64,000 bases of DNA from Candidatus Brocadiia bacterium (lineage in GTDB: Bacteria; Planctomycetota; Brocadiia; CAIUPP01). A program made the position numbers and the translations under genes. Each line of letters opens with the position of its first letter. Within the stretch, counting starts at the first letter, position 1. The notes under the pieces were generated by a model. It worked only from the letters and a program-made list of their open reading frames with translations, was not told where the DNA came from and made no database searches. Below, one piece after another: positions 19,104 to 30,367 of the stretch. The stretch is from assembly GCA_050015075.1 (NCBI GenBank), contig JBEKCB010000008.1, positions 64,001 to 128,000 on the forward strand. The letters are read 5' to 3'.

Positions 19104-20906
19104 ATGAAGACCCGCTGCGCCGTCGCCGCCGTGCTGGGCCTCCTGGTCGCGGCCTCGTGGAGCTGGGCCGCGCCGGCGTTCGAGAAGGCGGTGCCCGAGG
19201 ACACCATCGCCTTCGTGACCGTGCGCAGCATGCCCGCCTTCCAGCAGCACCTCAAGGCGGACCCGCTCTACGCCATCTGGCAGGAGCCTTCCGTGCAGAA
19301 GTTCCTCCAGAAGCCGGTCGAGAGCCTCAGGCTGAACATGACGGAGGCCGAGGGCAAGGCCGGGATCAAGTTCGACGAGATCTGGTCGCTCTTCCACGGG
19401 CAGGTGGCGCTGGCGGTCACGACCGATCCGAACGACTCCGACAAGCCGGACGTGATGCTGCTGGTGGATGTCGGCAACGACGGCGACCGCGCGATGCAGT
19501 TGATGGCGCTGGTCGAGGCGGCCTCGAGTAAAGGACCGGAGGCGCCGAAAGAGACGGCGGTCGAGGAGACTTACGAGGGCGTGAAGCTCATCCACATGCA
19601 GCCGGCGGACGACAAGGGCGCCCAGAGCGGCGAGCGGCACGCCACGTACGGCGTCGCCGGCGACGTGCTCATCCTGAGCGATTCCGACGAGGCGGTCAAA
19701 CGCACGGTCAACTTCCTCAAGGCGCCGCCGGAGAAGAGCCTGGCGACCACGGCCACGTACCAGGCGGTCCTCCAGAAGCTTTTGCCCGAGGCGGACGTGC
19801 TCGGCTTCATGGACATCGCGCAGGTCACCGCCATGGTCAAGAAACACGCCGCGGACTCGAACGGCGGCCAGGGTCCGCAGGCGTCGCAGACGCTCGACGC
19901 GACCGGCCTGAGCGGCCTGGGCGGCCTTGGCCTCAGCCTGGCGATCGGGCCGGAGTTCGACACGGTTCAGCTCTTCGCGCAGACCGTGGGCGAGCGCAAG
20001 GGCATCCTGAAGATCCTCACGCCGGCGGCGGGCGAACTGAACTCCGGCGCCGAGGCGCCCGCCGACGCGGTGACGTTCATGTCCGTGCGGTTCGATCCCG
20101 CCGGGATTTTCGACGAGATTCAGAAGATGCTCGGCGTGATGTCGCCGCAGGTGCTGGCGTACCTGAACGCGTATACGGACGGGATGTCGAAGAAGCTCGG
20201 CCAGCCGTTCGATCTGCGCAACGACGTCCTCTCGGTCTTCGGCCCGCGGCTGGCGGCGTACTCGCGCTATGAGCAGCCGGCTGCGCCCGACGCGAAACAG
20301 CAGGCGATCTTCATCATTGACATCGTCAACAAGGCGGCGTTCACGGGAATGTGGGACAAGCTGAACAAGATCCTGCCGGAGCAATTCGCGGCGTTCCAGG
20401 CGCGCGAGTATCTTGGGCAGCAGATGTACGTGCTCGCGCCGCCGGGCCAGCAGCCACCGCCGCCGGAAGGCCAGCAGACGCCGGCGTTCGTGGTGACGGA
20501 CCGCGAGTTCATTTACTCGCCGAATGTCGAGGCGCTGCAGGCGCACCTGCGGCGGATGAACGCCGACGGCCCGACGCTGCGCGACCAGCCGACTTTCCAG
20601 GAAGCGCTCAAGACGATCCCCGCCGACGGCCGCGTGATGTTCGGCTTCGAGGACCGCTCGCGGCAGGTGGAGTACGTCCTCAAGGCGATCAAGGACGGCG
20701 ACTTCGCCGCCGTGGCGGTCGCCCTGCGCAGCGAACCCCGCGTGGCCGAATTCCTGGACCAGTTCGACCTGACGCTTCTGCCCGACGCGGCCGACATCAC
20801 CAAGCACCTGTCCCCGAACGTCTTCTGCGCCGTCGTCCAACCCGAAGGCCTGCTGCTCATGTCTCGGTCCAGGACCATGCCGCAGAAGACTGAGCCGGAG
20901 AAGTGA
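19104..20906 (+). CDS. Secreted hypothetical protein (DUF3352-like)
   Basis: Signal peptide ending AWA-like, P.DTIAFV start, strong codon bias, AGGAAG RBS. Confidence 0.7.
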   Translation: MKTRCAVAAVLGLLVAASWSWAAPAFEKAVPEDTIAFVTVRSMPAFQQHLKADPLYAIWQEPSVQKFLQKPVESLRLNMTEAEGKAGIKFDEIWSLFHGQVALAVTTDPNDSDKPDVMLLVDVGNDGDRAMQLMALVEAASSKGPEAPKETAVEETYEGVKLIHMQPADDKGAQSGERHATYGVAGDVLILSDSDEAVKRTVNFLKAPPEKSLATTATYQAVLQKLLPEADVLGFMDIAQVTAMVKKHAADSNGGQGPQASQTLDATGLSGLGGLGLSLAIGPEFDTVQLFAQTVGERKGILKILTPAAGELNSGAEAPADAVTFMSVRFDPAGIFDEIQKMLGVMSPQVLAYLNAYTDGMSKKLGQPFDLRNDVLSVFGPRLAAYSRYEQPAAPDAKQQAIFIIDIVNKAAFTGMWDKLNKILPEQFAAFQAREYLGQQMYVLAPPGQQPPPPEGQQTPAFVVTDREFIYSPNVEALQAHLRRMNADGPTLRDQPTFQEALKTIPADGRVMFGFEDRSRQVEYVLKAIKDGDFAAVAVALRSEPRVAEFLDQFDLTLLPDAADITKHLSPNVFCAVVQPEGLLLMSRSRTMPQKTEPEK

Positions 20907-20917
20907 ACGGCCGCCGA

Positions 20918-21070
20918 AATTTCCGATTGCCGATTTCCGATTGCAGAATTATGACGGCGATGTGAAAAGGAAGGGTGAATGGCCGCCAACGGCGCGCGCC
21001 GGCGCGCATGGTACGGGCGCAACCCGATCCGCATTCTCATTCGGCAGTCGGCATTCGGCAATCGGAAATA
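20918..21070. repeat. Heptamer-array inverted repeat
   Basis: atttccg attgccg atttccg attgcag ... attcggc agtcggc attcggc aatcgga aat, between convergent genes. Confidence 0.75.
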
Positions 21071-22419
21071 TCGTCCGCCTCCAGCACCTCAAATCCCGAC
21101 TTCGCCGGCTTGGGCCAGGAAGTGTTGCAGTGCGGGCACGTATCCTGCGCGATGGGCCGCCGCTTCCCGCAGCCGGGGCAGGCTTCAGTCCGTTTGTCCC
21201 AATGGGCGATTACGTAGGCCCCCGCGCCGGCCAGTCCCGTTAGAAATGTGAATGCCGGCCAGGCTATTGCCCGCCATCCGCGCCGACCCGTCCTCGCCTG
21301 ATGCCAGGTCACCAAGAGCGTTAAGGCCAGGGACAGGATCACGCTTTCAATCAGTGCGGCCGTCGTCAGCTTCCACATCGGCAGAAGCAGCAAGGCCAGC
21401 GGCATGAGGATAGCACGGGATACGCCATAGTCGGCGTTGATTCGAGAATTCAACTCGTTCCGGTCAATCTCCACTCGGCGCAGCACGCTGCCGTCACTGC
21501 TCAGCAGGAATAAATTCTCCCTCCACCGATCATTCCACCAATTGTCGCGCGTGTCGCGGGTCGCGATGGAAAAGCCGCCGTTCTCCAGCGGCACAATCGT
21601 ATTCGTCCAGGCTAGAATGGACTGCGTCAATTCGTCGGACAGCGGAATCTTGCGAACCGGCGGCCCATGGAAATCGAGTTGCCACAGGGCGCCCCCTGAG
21701 ATCAACCACAGGCACGCAACCTGGTGGTCTTGTCCGCGCCGAACTCCCCAGCCTTCGACTCTTCCATGGAACAGGCGTTCGAGGCTGAGACTGCGCGGGT
21801 TCGGATTCAGCCGCAGGATTCCATCATCGGTGATCAACAGGCAGGCCTCATCGTTGGGCGTCGGAATATCGCCGAGCATGTAGGTGTAGCCTTCGCGGCT
21901 GGGAATCGGATCGCAGAGCCGGATGCGTCCCTTCGGCCGGCCGGGAGCGATCGCCACGTCGCCGTCGGGACCGATGGACTCGGAGCGAAGGCGCGTCCCC
22001 AAATCATAGAGGTCAAATTGCCCCTCAGCGCCGTTCCACCAGAGAAAAGAGTACTGATTCCGCCACGCTCTCCGCGACCACCAGTCCGGCTCCTTCTCGC
22101 TTACCGCCGTCATTGATATTCGCGCAGCCTGGTATTCCTTATCGAATGCCTTCGGAAGAACGGACAGATTTTTCACTAACAAAGTTTCGTCGTAAACCTG
22201 CGATGCGGACCGCATATTGATTCTTGGGTCAACATAGCCGACGACATGGGCCAGCGAGCCGTCGGATGTGAATACGGATTCCATCAGGGTCCGGCGCAGA
22301 TTACGTGTGCGAGCTGACTTATAGTAGTCCAGCCAGCTCTGGACAAGAGCGACGATGATGAAGACGGCCAGGAACAGCATTGAGGCTAGCGCCACCGACG
22401 ACTTGGCTGATGGCTTCAT
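21037..22419 (-). CDS. Membrane protein with extracytoplasmic domain and C-terminal double zinc ribbon; ytr operon accessory
   Basis: N-terminal TM, C-terminal TMs, CPGC...CPHC; 10 bp downstream of the permease. Confidence 0.75.
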   Translation of the reverse strand: MKPSAKSSVALASMLFLAVFIIVALVQSWLDYYKSARTRNLRRTLMESVFTSDGSLAHVVGYVDPRINMRSASQVYDETLLVKNLSVLPKAFDKEYQAARISMTAVSEKEPDWWSRRAWRNQYSFLWWNGAEGQFDLYDLGTRLRSESIGPDGDVAIAPGRPKGRIRLCDPIPSREGYTYMLGDIPTPNDEACLLITDDGILRLNPNPRSLSLERLFHGRVEGWGVRRGQDHQVACLWLISGGALWQLDFHGPPVRKIPLSDELTQSILAWTNTIVPLENGGFSIATRDTRDNWWNDRWRENLFLLSSDGSVLRRVEIDRNELNSRINADYGVSRAILMPLALLLLPMWKLTTAALIESVILSLALTLLVTWHQARTGRRGWRAIAWPAFTFLTGLAGAGAYVIAHWDKRTEACPGCGKRRPIAQDTCPHCNTSWPKPAKSGFEVLEADDISDCRMPTAE

Positions 22420-22428
22420 GGCAACCTT

Positions 22429-23175
22429 TCAGTATTCTCGAGTCCGCGCCTGTTCGCGAATGGCCCAAAGGACCAACACCATGCTCAGGAGGGCTAACGC
22501 CAGCGCGATCAGCAGAACCCACATGTCCGTGGTTTCAGACATGCGGTTATCCCAGTAGTAGTGAGGCCGGTCAAAGGGATCCGTAGCCCTGGCCGCCAGG
22601 ATATATGCGGGAATGGCGACGACCAGGGGAAACCACTTTGTGGCGTACCAACGCGCAGGTCGCAACGCGGAGAGAAAAGTTGCGAGATAGATCATCGCGC
22701 CGGCGAGGAACGTGAATAGAAGCGTGAAGAACATGTAGGCATATATCGGTCCCGGCCAGACTCCAGGTGTGTTCAACCGCGCGACGATCAGCAAGCCTGC
22801 GGGCAAAAAGACAATGAGGTACATCAAGAGGCCGGCCAGCGCCTTGGCGAAAACCATACGGCTCCTTGGCACAGGCAGGTGCGCCAGCATGGGCCAGGTC
22901 TTGCGCCGCCGCTCCTGATAGACCTGGGCCAATGCAATCGCTCCCGCGACAAGGAGGGACAGCAATATCCAGAACGGATTCAGTTGACGATTAACCCCCG
23001 CGTCGCTGACGGGGTCCGCCCCCATGCCCACGGGTTTGAACAATACCCGACAGACGCCGACGAGGGTCCAACCGGCGTCGCAGGCGGCCATGTCCAGGAA
23101 GAAAAGAACGACGACGAATGCCCCGAGCAGATAACGGGCGTTCTCGCGCAAGTCTTTCTTGATGATCGGCCACAT
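22429..23175 (-). CDS. ABC-2 type transporter permease
   Basis: IIKKDLRE start, ERRRKTW..L.HLPV.RS.....K motif, about 6 TMs. Confidence 0.85.
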   Translation of the reverse strand: MWPIIKKDLRENARYLLGAFVVVLFFLDMAACDAGWTLVGVCRVLFKPVGMGADPVSDAGVNRQLNPFWILLSLLVAGAIALAQVYQERRRKTWPMLAHLPVPRSRMVFAKALAGLLMYLIVFLPAGLLIVARLNTPGVWPGPIYAYMFFTLLFTFLAGAMIYLATFLSALRPARWYATKWFPLVVAIPAYILAARATDPFDRPHYYWDNRMSETTDMWVLLIALALALLSMVLVLWAIREQARTREY

Positions 23176-23177
23176 GG

Positions 23178-24074
23178 CTACTTTCTCCCGCTCAAAGGCG
23201 CCGTGTAATCAATGAACAGGTCCTCGAGCCCCGCGTCGAGCGGTTCGACCTCTTCCGCCCCCAGCTCGCGCAGTTGGTCCAGGCGGCTTTCATCGAATGA
23301 CGCCAGCGTGAGAGTCGCCTCGTTCTCCAGCCACCGTACGCGCAGGAGCCCCGGCACGCTGATCTCCGGCCGCTGCCCCTCGCGGAACCGGCACCGCACG
23401 CGCCGGACGTTTTCCTTGAACGTGTCCAATCCGCAGTCCGCGCGCAGCACGCCTTCCTCGATGATGCCGATGCGGTCCGCCACGCGCTCGACGTCGCCCA
23501 GGATGTGAGAGCTGTAGAAGATCGTCCGGCCTTCCTGCTGGATCATCTCCACAATGGATTCGAGGAAGTCGCGCCGGACGACCGGATCGAGGCCCATCGC
23601 CGGGTCATCCAGGATGAGCAACTCCGGCTGCGGGGCCAGGCACAAGGCCAGCGCCACTTGCGCGCGCTCACCTCGGCTGAGCGTTCCGATCCGCCGCTTC
23701 GGGTCGAGCCGGAACCGGGCCAGCGCGGCGTTAAACCATGGCCGGTCCCAGGTCGGATAATAGTTGCGAAGGAACTCGGCGTGCTCGTCAATCCGCATTC
23801 CGGTGAACAGGGGATGGCCCTCGGACAAGTATCCCACCCGCGCTTTGACCTCGGGCGTCAGGTTCTCCGAGTCGCAGCCCAACAGCGCGCTGCGCCCGCG
23901 GGTGGAGTAAAGCATGCCCAGGAGCATCCGGATCGTCGTGGTCTTCCCCGAGCCGTTGCGGCCGAGGAAACCATAAACGCATCCGCGCCGGACCGACAGG
24001 CTCAGCGAGTCCACCGTCTTCTTCCGTCCGAAGTACCGCGTCAGCCCTTCGGCCTGAATCACAACCTCACTCAT
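23178..24074 (-). CDS. ABC transporter ATP-binding protein (YtrB-like)
   Basis: GRNGSGKTT, LSRGE, LILDDP, SSH. Confidence 0.93.
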   Translation of the reverse strand: MSEVVIQAEGLTRYFGRKKTVDSLSLSVRRGCVYGFLGRNGSGKTTTIRMLLGMLYSTRGRSALLGCDSENLTPEVKARVGYLSEGHPLFTGMRIDEHAEFLRNYYPTWDRPWFNAALARFRLDPKRRIGTLSRGERAQVALALCLAPQPELLILDDPAMGLDPVVRRDFLESIVEMIQQEGRTIFYSSHILGDVERVADRIGIIEEGVLRADCGLDTFKENVRRVRCRFREGQRPEISVPGLLRVRWLENEATLTLASFDESRLDQLRELGAEEVEPLDAGLEDLFIDYTAPLSGRK

Positions 24075-24465
24075 GTTCGGGCTCCCTCAGCCGATAGCGC
24101 TTCGCCGCAGCGCGAACCATCTCCAGGCATTCCTCTTCGCTGAACCCCAGGTGAGTGGCCTCGGTCAGCAGCGCGTCCACCTGCTTCTGGAGCAGCCGCC
24201 GGCGCTCCGCCAGGGAAGACGCGTTGCCGATTTCCGCGACGAAAGTTCCCCGGCCGCGTTGCGAATAGACGAGTCCGGCGTGCTCCATCTCACGGTACGC
24301 CGCCGCGATCGTGTTCGGGTTGATGACGAGCTGAAGCGCCAGGTCGCGGACCGACGGAAGACGCTCCCCCGCGCGCAGGGCGCCGCGCGCCACCCCTTCG
24401 CGCACTTGGCGGACGAGTTGCGCGTAAACCGGTTCCGTCGAAGATGGGTTGACCTCAAATCGCAT
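24067..24465 (-). CDS. GntR family (YtrA subfamily) transcriptional regulator
   Basis: PVYAQL...GERLPSVRDLA..L.INPNT..AAY..M...G....RGRGTFV. Confidence 0.93.
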   Translation of the reverse strand: MRFEVNPSSTEPVYAQLVRQVREGVARGALRAGERLPSVRDLALQLVINPNTIAAAYREMEHAGLVYSQRGRGTFVAEIGNASSLAERRRLLQKQVDALLTEATHLGFSEEECLEMVRAAAKRYRLREPEHE

Positions 24466-24480
24466 CAGCAGCCTTTCACG

Positions 24481-24501
24481 TGTACCATTACTACTAGTAC
24501 A
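24481..24501. promoter_or_regulatory. YtrA-type operator palindrome
   Basis: TGTACcattactactaGTACA, just upstream of the GntR start and downstream of a minus-strand TTGACT at 24523-24528. Confidence 0.75.
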
Positions 24502-24611
24502 TATATCACACCAGGGTCTTGGAGTCAAGAGATTTTTTTCAAAGACAAAACATGAGTCGCGCGGCGCGCGGTCGGCCTGCACCTGATCACGGGCGCTGGA
24601 AGAAAGGCCGC

Positions 24612-24641
24612 TTGACAAGATGGCACACCATATGGTATAAT
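24612..24641 (+). promoter_or_regulatory. Consensus sigma70 promoter
   Basis: TTGACA-N18-TATAAT with TGn extended -10. Confidence 0.7.
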
Positions 24642-24852
24642 GGTGCTGTCTGAAGTTGCGGTAGCAACAGTAGTTACGACTCAAATGCTGATTTGAAAAA
24701 ACGAATCCAATTTGCTGTAACATACTGCCGTGTAACTGCTTACGCCAGTGTTAGCGTAACATACTGCTGCACCTATGTTTATAGCGCTACTGGCAAGGTA
24801 TTGCACGGGCATTCTTCGAGGCTTTGCGCGCGCCGCTTGCGCTGGGAATGGG

Positions 24853-24950
24853 ATTCCCGCCTTCGCGGGAATGACGCAGGAGACGGCGGACGGCGGAATC
24901 CGGCGCCGTTGATTCCGCAGTCCGCACTCTGCACTCCATAATCCGCACTC
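24853..24950. repeat. dRS3-like palindrome followed by a heptamer array
   Basis: ATTCCC-N8-GGGAAT at 24853-24872; attccgc agtccgc actctgc actccat aatccgc. Confidence 0.7.
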
Positions 24951-25011
24951 TGAGAACTCGCTTGCATTGGGGGGCATTTTCCGCAATAATACGGTTTTGG
25001 CGGCAGATCGA

Positions 25012-25086
25012 GCGGGCGTAGCTCAGTGGTAGAGCACGACGTTGCCAACGTCGTTGCCGTGGGTTCGAGCCCCATCGCCCGCTCCA
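25012..25086 (+). tRNA. tRNA-Gly (GCC)
   Basis: Acceptor gcgggcg/cgcccgc, D-loop agctcagtggtagagc, anticodon arm cgacg-ttGCCaa-cgtcg, T-loop gttcgag, encoded CCA. Confidence 0.97.
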
Positions 25087-25124
25087 TTTTTCCACCCGTG
25101 CGATTTTCCCGGAGGTGAACGCCG

Positions 25125-26420
25125 TTGGCTAATGTCATCGTCGAAGACGTCGGACCGTGCAAGAAACATCTGAAGATCACCATCCCGAAGGAAGACATCG
25201 AGAAGAAGGTCGAGGAGAATTACAAGCGCCTCGCCGGCAGCGCCGCGGTGCCCGGCTTCCGCAAGGGCCGCGTGCCGCGCAAACTGCTCGAGCGCCGCTT
25301 CAGCGACGACGTGCTCGAGGATGTCAAGCAGTCCATCCTCAGCGAAGCCTCGCAGAAGGCCGTCGAGGAAAAGGGCCTCAAGCCCATCGGCGATCCCTCC
25401 TTCGACAACGTCGCCTTCGAGCTTAACAAGGACTGCGTCTTCGAGATCACCCTAGAAGTCGAGCCCGATTTCGACCTGCCGGTGTATAAGGGCCTGGAGC
25501 TCAAGCGCGCGCGCGTGTCGGTGGACGACGAGGAGATCACGCACGGCCTCGACGCCCTGCGCATGCAGCGCGCGCGGCTCGATCTCATGCCCGCAGGCAC
25601 GGCCGTCGCCGCCGACGACGCGATCGTCTGCGACTGGAAAATCGCCAGCGAGGGCGAGACCGTCGCCGATCAGAAGGACGCCGAACTCCACGTCCACGGC
25701 CGCCGCTCCGGCGGTCTGGAGATGGAGCAGGACCTCTCCGAGAGCCTCGCCGGCGCCAAGTTCGGCGAGAGCCGCGAACTCAAGGTCAAGTTCCTCGACA
25801 GCTACCCCGTCGAGAAATGGCGCGGCAAGGACGGCACGCTCACCGTGGAAGTCAAAGAAGTCCGCCGCCCCGTCGCGCCCGAGCTTAACGAGGAATTCGC
25901 CAAGGCGATGGATTTCGACTCGCTCGCGGACCTGAAGAAGGCCGTCCAGCACAGCATCACTCAGAGCAAAGAGCGCGAGGCTTCCCTCGCTCTCGAGCAG
26001 CAGCTCTTCGACCAGCTCCTGGCCGCCGCCCCGTTCGAGTTGCCGCAGGGGGTGCTCAAGGCCCAGGCGCGCAACATCATGCTGCGCCAGCAGTACCGCC
26101 TGCGCCAGCGCGGCGTGCCGGCCGAGGAAATCGAAAAACACATGGACGACCTGCGCAACGTCTCCGAAGAGTCCGCCGCGCGCAACCTCAAGATCTACTT
26201 CATCCTCGACCGCATCGCCGAGAAGGAAAAAATCTTCGTGACCGAGGAGGAAGTCGAGGGCCGCATCGCCGCCATGGCCGGCAGTTACAACCTGACCCCG
26301 CAGCGCATGCGCGCCCAGATCGAACAGGAAGGCTCCCTCTCCGAACTCCGCGGCGGCCTGCGTGAAAACAAGGTGGTGGACTTCCTCCTCAAGAGCGCCA
26401 AGATCGAGGAGGCGAAATGA
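25125..26420 (+). CDS. tig: Trigger factor
   Basis: PGFRKGRVP ribosome-binding motif; GGAGG RBS with TTG start; precedes clpP-clpX. Confidence 0.95.
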   Translation: MANVIVEDVGPCKKHLKITIPKEDIEKKVEENYKRLAGSAAVPGFRKGRVPRKLLERRFSDDVLEDVKQSILSEASQKAVEEKGLKPIGDPSFDNVAFELNKDCVFEITLEVEPDFDLPVYKGLELKRARVSVDDEEITHGLDALRMQRARLDLMPAGTAVAADDAIVCDWKIASEGETVADQKDAELHVHGRRSGGLEMEQDLSESLAGAKFGESRELKVKFLDSYPVEKWRGKDGTLTVEVKEVRRPVAPELNEEFAKAMDFDSLADLKKAVQHSITQSKEREASLALEQQLFDQLLAAAPFELPQGVLKAQARNIMLRQQYRLRQRGVPAEEIEKHMDDLRNVSEESAARNLKIYFILDRIAEKEKIFVTEEEVEGRIAAMAGSYNLTPQRMRAQIEQEGSLSELRGGLRENKVVDFLLKSAKIEEAK

Positions 26421-27061
26421 TGAACATCGAGCAGATCCTCCGCGAGCGCGCCGAGCGCGAGGCGCTCCAGTCCTCGCTCGTGCCCACGGTCATCGAGCGC
26501 ACCGGCCGCGGCGAGCGCGCGTACGACATCTTCAGCCGCCTCCTCAAGGACCGCATCATCTTCATCGGCTCGGTGATTGACGACATTGACGCCAACCTCA
26601 TCGTCGCGCAGATGCTCTTCCTCCAGAACGAGAACAAGAGCTCCGAGATCAGCCTCTACGTGAACTCGTTCGGCGGCTCGGTCACCGCCGGCCTGGCGAT
26701 CTACGACACCATGCAGTTCGTCCAGTGCGACGTGGCCACCTACTGCATCGGCCAGGCCGTCAGCCTGGCGGCCATCCTGCTCGCCGCCGGCTCCAAGGGC
26801 AAGCGCTACGCCCTGCCGCACAGCCGCATCATGCTCCATCAGCCGTGGGGCGGCACGCGCGGCACCGCCGCCGACATCAGCATCCAGGCCGAGGAGATCA
26901 TGCGCCTGAAGAAGCACCTCAACGAGATCCTCGCCAGCCACACCGGCCAGCAACTCGAACGCATCGAGGCCGATACCGACCGCGATTTCTACATGGGCGC
27001 GCAGGAAGCCAAGGCGTACGGCCTGGTGGACGAAGTGCTCACGACGCTCAAGCAGAGATAA
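26417..27061 (+). CDS. clpP: Clp protease proteolytic subunit
   Basis: [14 protein letters not shown], Ser in GQAVS, IMLHQP, DRD. Confidence 0.97.
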   Translation: MMNIEQILRERAEREALQSSLVPTVIERTGRGERAYDIFSRLLKDRIIFIGSVIDDIDANLIVAQMLFLQNENKSSEISLYVNSFGGSVTAGLAIYDTMQFVQCDVATYCIGQAVSLAAILLAAGSKGKRYALPHSRIMLHQPWGGTRGTAADISIQAEEIMRLKKHLNEILASHTGQQLERIEADTDRDFYMGAQEAKAYGLVDEVLTTLKQR

Positions 27062-27128
27062 TTCCGGCCGCGAAGAAGCGGTCCGCTTTCAGTCTCAACG
27101 GAGCGCGCGCGGCTGTCGGGAAAACGCC

Positions 27129-28433
<1,305 letters not shown>

Positions 28434-28568
28434 GACGGGCGGCGCGCGACTGGCGATAAGCGATTGAGGATTGGGGCGTCGAAGCGCGAGGAACTCGCAG
28501 GTCGGTTCGTAGAGGTTGGGCGAATGCCGACCGACATAAGCTGCACTGGTTTCTCCTTGCGGCGGCGG

Positions 28569-29555
28569 ATGCAGACAGCGACGAGGCTCCTCTCGCTGTT
28601 TATGCTGGCGGCATCCGCGGGCTTGGCTGCCGAACCACCGGCCGTCACGCGTGATGACGCGGCTCCAATGTACCTGGAGGCTTTCGTCAACCTCCCGGAG
28701 TACTTCGAGCCCCGCGCCCGCGAGGAGGATTCGCTCCCGCTTGTAGGCGATGGCCGATTGCCGGCTTTGGGGAAGCCGATGGCTGAGGATCAGAGGCAAG
28801 CCATCGCAAAGTACCTGGAGGTCAACGCGAAGTGTCTGGCATTGCTGCACGAGGCGGGTGCGCTGAAAGAGTGCCGTTGGCCGGACAAGTATAAGGAGAC
28901 ATCGCAGCGCTTTCAGGCCATTATGTCAGGAGCACGCCAAGGTGCGCGGCTGCTGGAGCTCGAGGCAATCGTTCAGGCCGAGACGGGCAAGAGCGAACTC
29001 GCAGCACGGGCGGTCCAGGACAGCTTCGTGATGGCGAAACGCTTGGAGGACATCGATCCGCCTTTGGGCATCATGGTCCGGGATGCGTGCGAACAGCTGA
29101 CTGCCGGGGCACTTGAACGCGTTCTGAATCGCGTGCAGATTTCCGAGGCGGACCTCTCCGCTCTTGCTCAGTCTGTGGCCGCAGCGGACTTGTCCGTCGC
29201 ACTTCCAGCCAGCGAATTTGACAACGATCCGCATTTGAAAGGGAGAGGCATCGGCCTTTGGCATACTTGGTTGCGCAATGCTCAAGCTGCGATCGCCGTC
29301 GAGCGCTTTCGAGCCGCTGAGGGAAAGCTGCCGGTGGGCCTGGACGCTCTAGTTCCGCGTTTCCTCTCGGCGGTCCCGATAGATCCCTTTGACGGCCAAC
29401 CGCTGCGCTACCGGCAGACTGAAGTTAGATATGTCGTTTACAGCGTAGGCCCGAGCAAGACTGACCAAGGCGGGCGCTGGGATAACCCGACAGGGTGGGT
29501 TGGCGAAACAGGCAACCTTCCGTTCAGGGTTGAGCGGGAAGCGACGCATAAATAG
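28569..29555 (+). CDS. Secreted hypothetical protein with C-terminal LPxxLxxLVPxFLxxVPxDPF...YSVGP motif
   Basis: Signal peptide; motif related to 2015..3412; weaker codon bias than flanking core genes. Confidence 0.75.
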   Translation: MQTATRLLSLFMLAASAGLAAEPPAVTRDDAAPMYLEAFVNLPEYFEPRAREEDSLPLVGDGRLPALGKPMAEDQRQAIAKYLEVNAKCLALLHEAGALKECRWPDKYKETSQRFQAIMSGARQGARLLELEAIVQAETGKSELAARAVQDSFVMAKRLEDIDPPLGIMVRDACEQLTAGALERVLNRVQISEADLSALAQSVAAADLSVALPASEFDNDPHLKGRGIGLWHTWLRNAQAAIAVERFRAAEGKLPVGLDALVPRFLSAVPIDPFDGQPLRYRQTEVRYVVYSVGPSKTDQGGRWDNPTGWVGETGNLPFRVEREATHK

Positions 29556-29636
29556 GAAAAACTGAGGCCGCTAATCTGCAAGAGGGATAGAGCCGGCCAT
29601 TGCCCCGATTACCAATCCGTGCTCTGCACTCCGCGC

Positions 29637-30278
29637 TCACTGCTCCCGTTTCCGCCCGATCCGATTCTCCGTTCCCTGGACGAGCCGACCGATGTTCGCG
29701 CGGTGGCGGACGATGCTCAGGACGGCGGCGACGGCGGCGAGCGCGGTGAGGAATTTGCCGGCTCCGAACGGGTCGCGGCCGAGGAGCAGCGCGCAGGCGA
29801 GGAGCGTCGCGGCGGCGACCATCGAGCCGACCGAGACGTAGCGCGTGAGCGCCACCACCGCCGCCCACACGCCCACCGCGATCAGCAGCCCGAGCGGGAA
29901 GACGGCGAGGAACACGCCGCAGCTCGTCGCCATGCCCTTGCCGCCCTTGAATTTCAGGAAGACCGGCCAGTTGTGCCCGGCCACGGCGGCAAAGCCGGCC
30001 AGCGCGACTCCGAGCGGGAGCTCCGGCTCGCCGATGCGGCAGCCGTGCAAGAGAAGAGCCGCAAGCGTCGGCAAGAATCCCTTCAGCACGTCCAGCGCGA
30101 AGACGAGGATTCCCCACTTGCGGCCGAGCGCGCGGCCGACGTTCGTCGCGCCCACGTTGCCGCTGCCGACCTCACGAATGTCAATCCCGCGCACGGCCTT
30201 CGCGATGAGATACGCGAACGGCACCGAGCCGAGCAGATAGGCGCAGAGAATGAGCGGAATGTCCCAGGCCTGAATCAC
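29637..30278 (-). CDS. plsY: Glycerol-3-phosphate acyltransferase PlsY
   Basis: YLLGSVPF, GSGNVGATN, GHNWPVF..FKGGKG, RHRANI; GTG start after GAGGGAG. Confidence 0.95.
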   Translation of the reverse strand: MIQAWDIPLILCAYLLGSVPFAYLIAKAVRGIDIREVGSGNVGATNVGRALGRKWGILVFALDVLKGFLPTLAALLLHGCRIGEPELPLGVALAGFAAVAGHNWPVFLKFKGGKGMATSCGVFLAVFPLGLLIAVGVWAAVVALTRYVSVGSMVAAATLLACALLLGRDPFGAGKFLTALAAVAAVLSIVRHRANIGRLVQGTENRIGRKREQ

Positions 30279-30367
30279 CGTATCGGTCTCCCTCAGCCCG
30301 GCGAATAAAGCGGTCAACTGAAACGAGTAATTCTAGCCGCGCTGTCCTGCGGTTATCAAGACCAAGC

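Noticed and set aside
24621-24636. TGGCAC as a sigma54 promoter
   Set aside because: The -12 position reads ATGG rather than TTGC, and it lies within a better sigma70 match
26417-27061. ClpP variant motifs (NSFGG, AVSLA) as an inactive ClpR-like subunit
   Set aside because: Ser-His-Asp triad is present and the tig-clpP-clpX context is canonical
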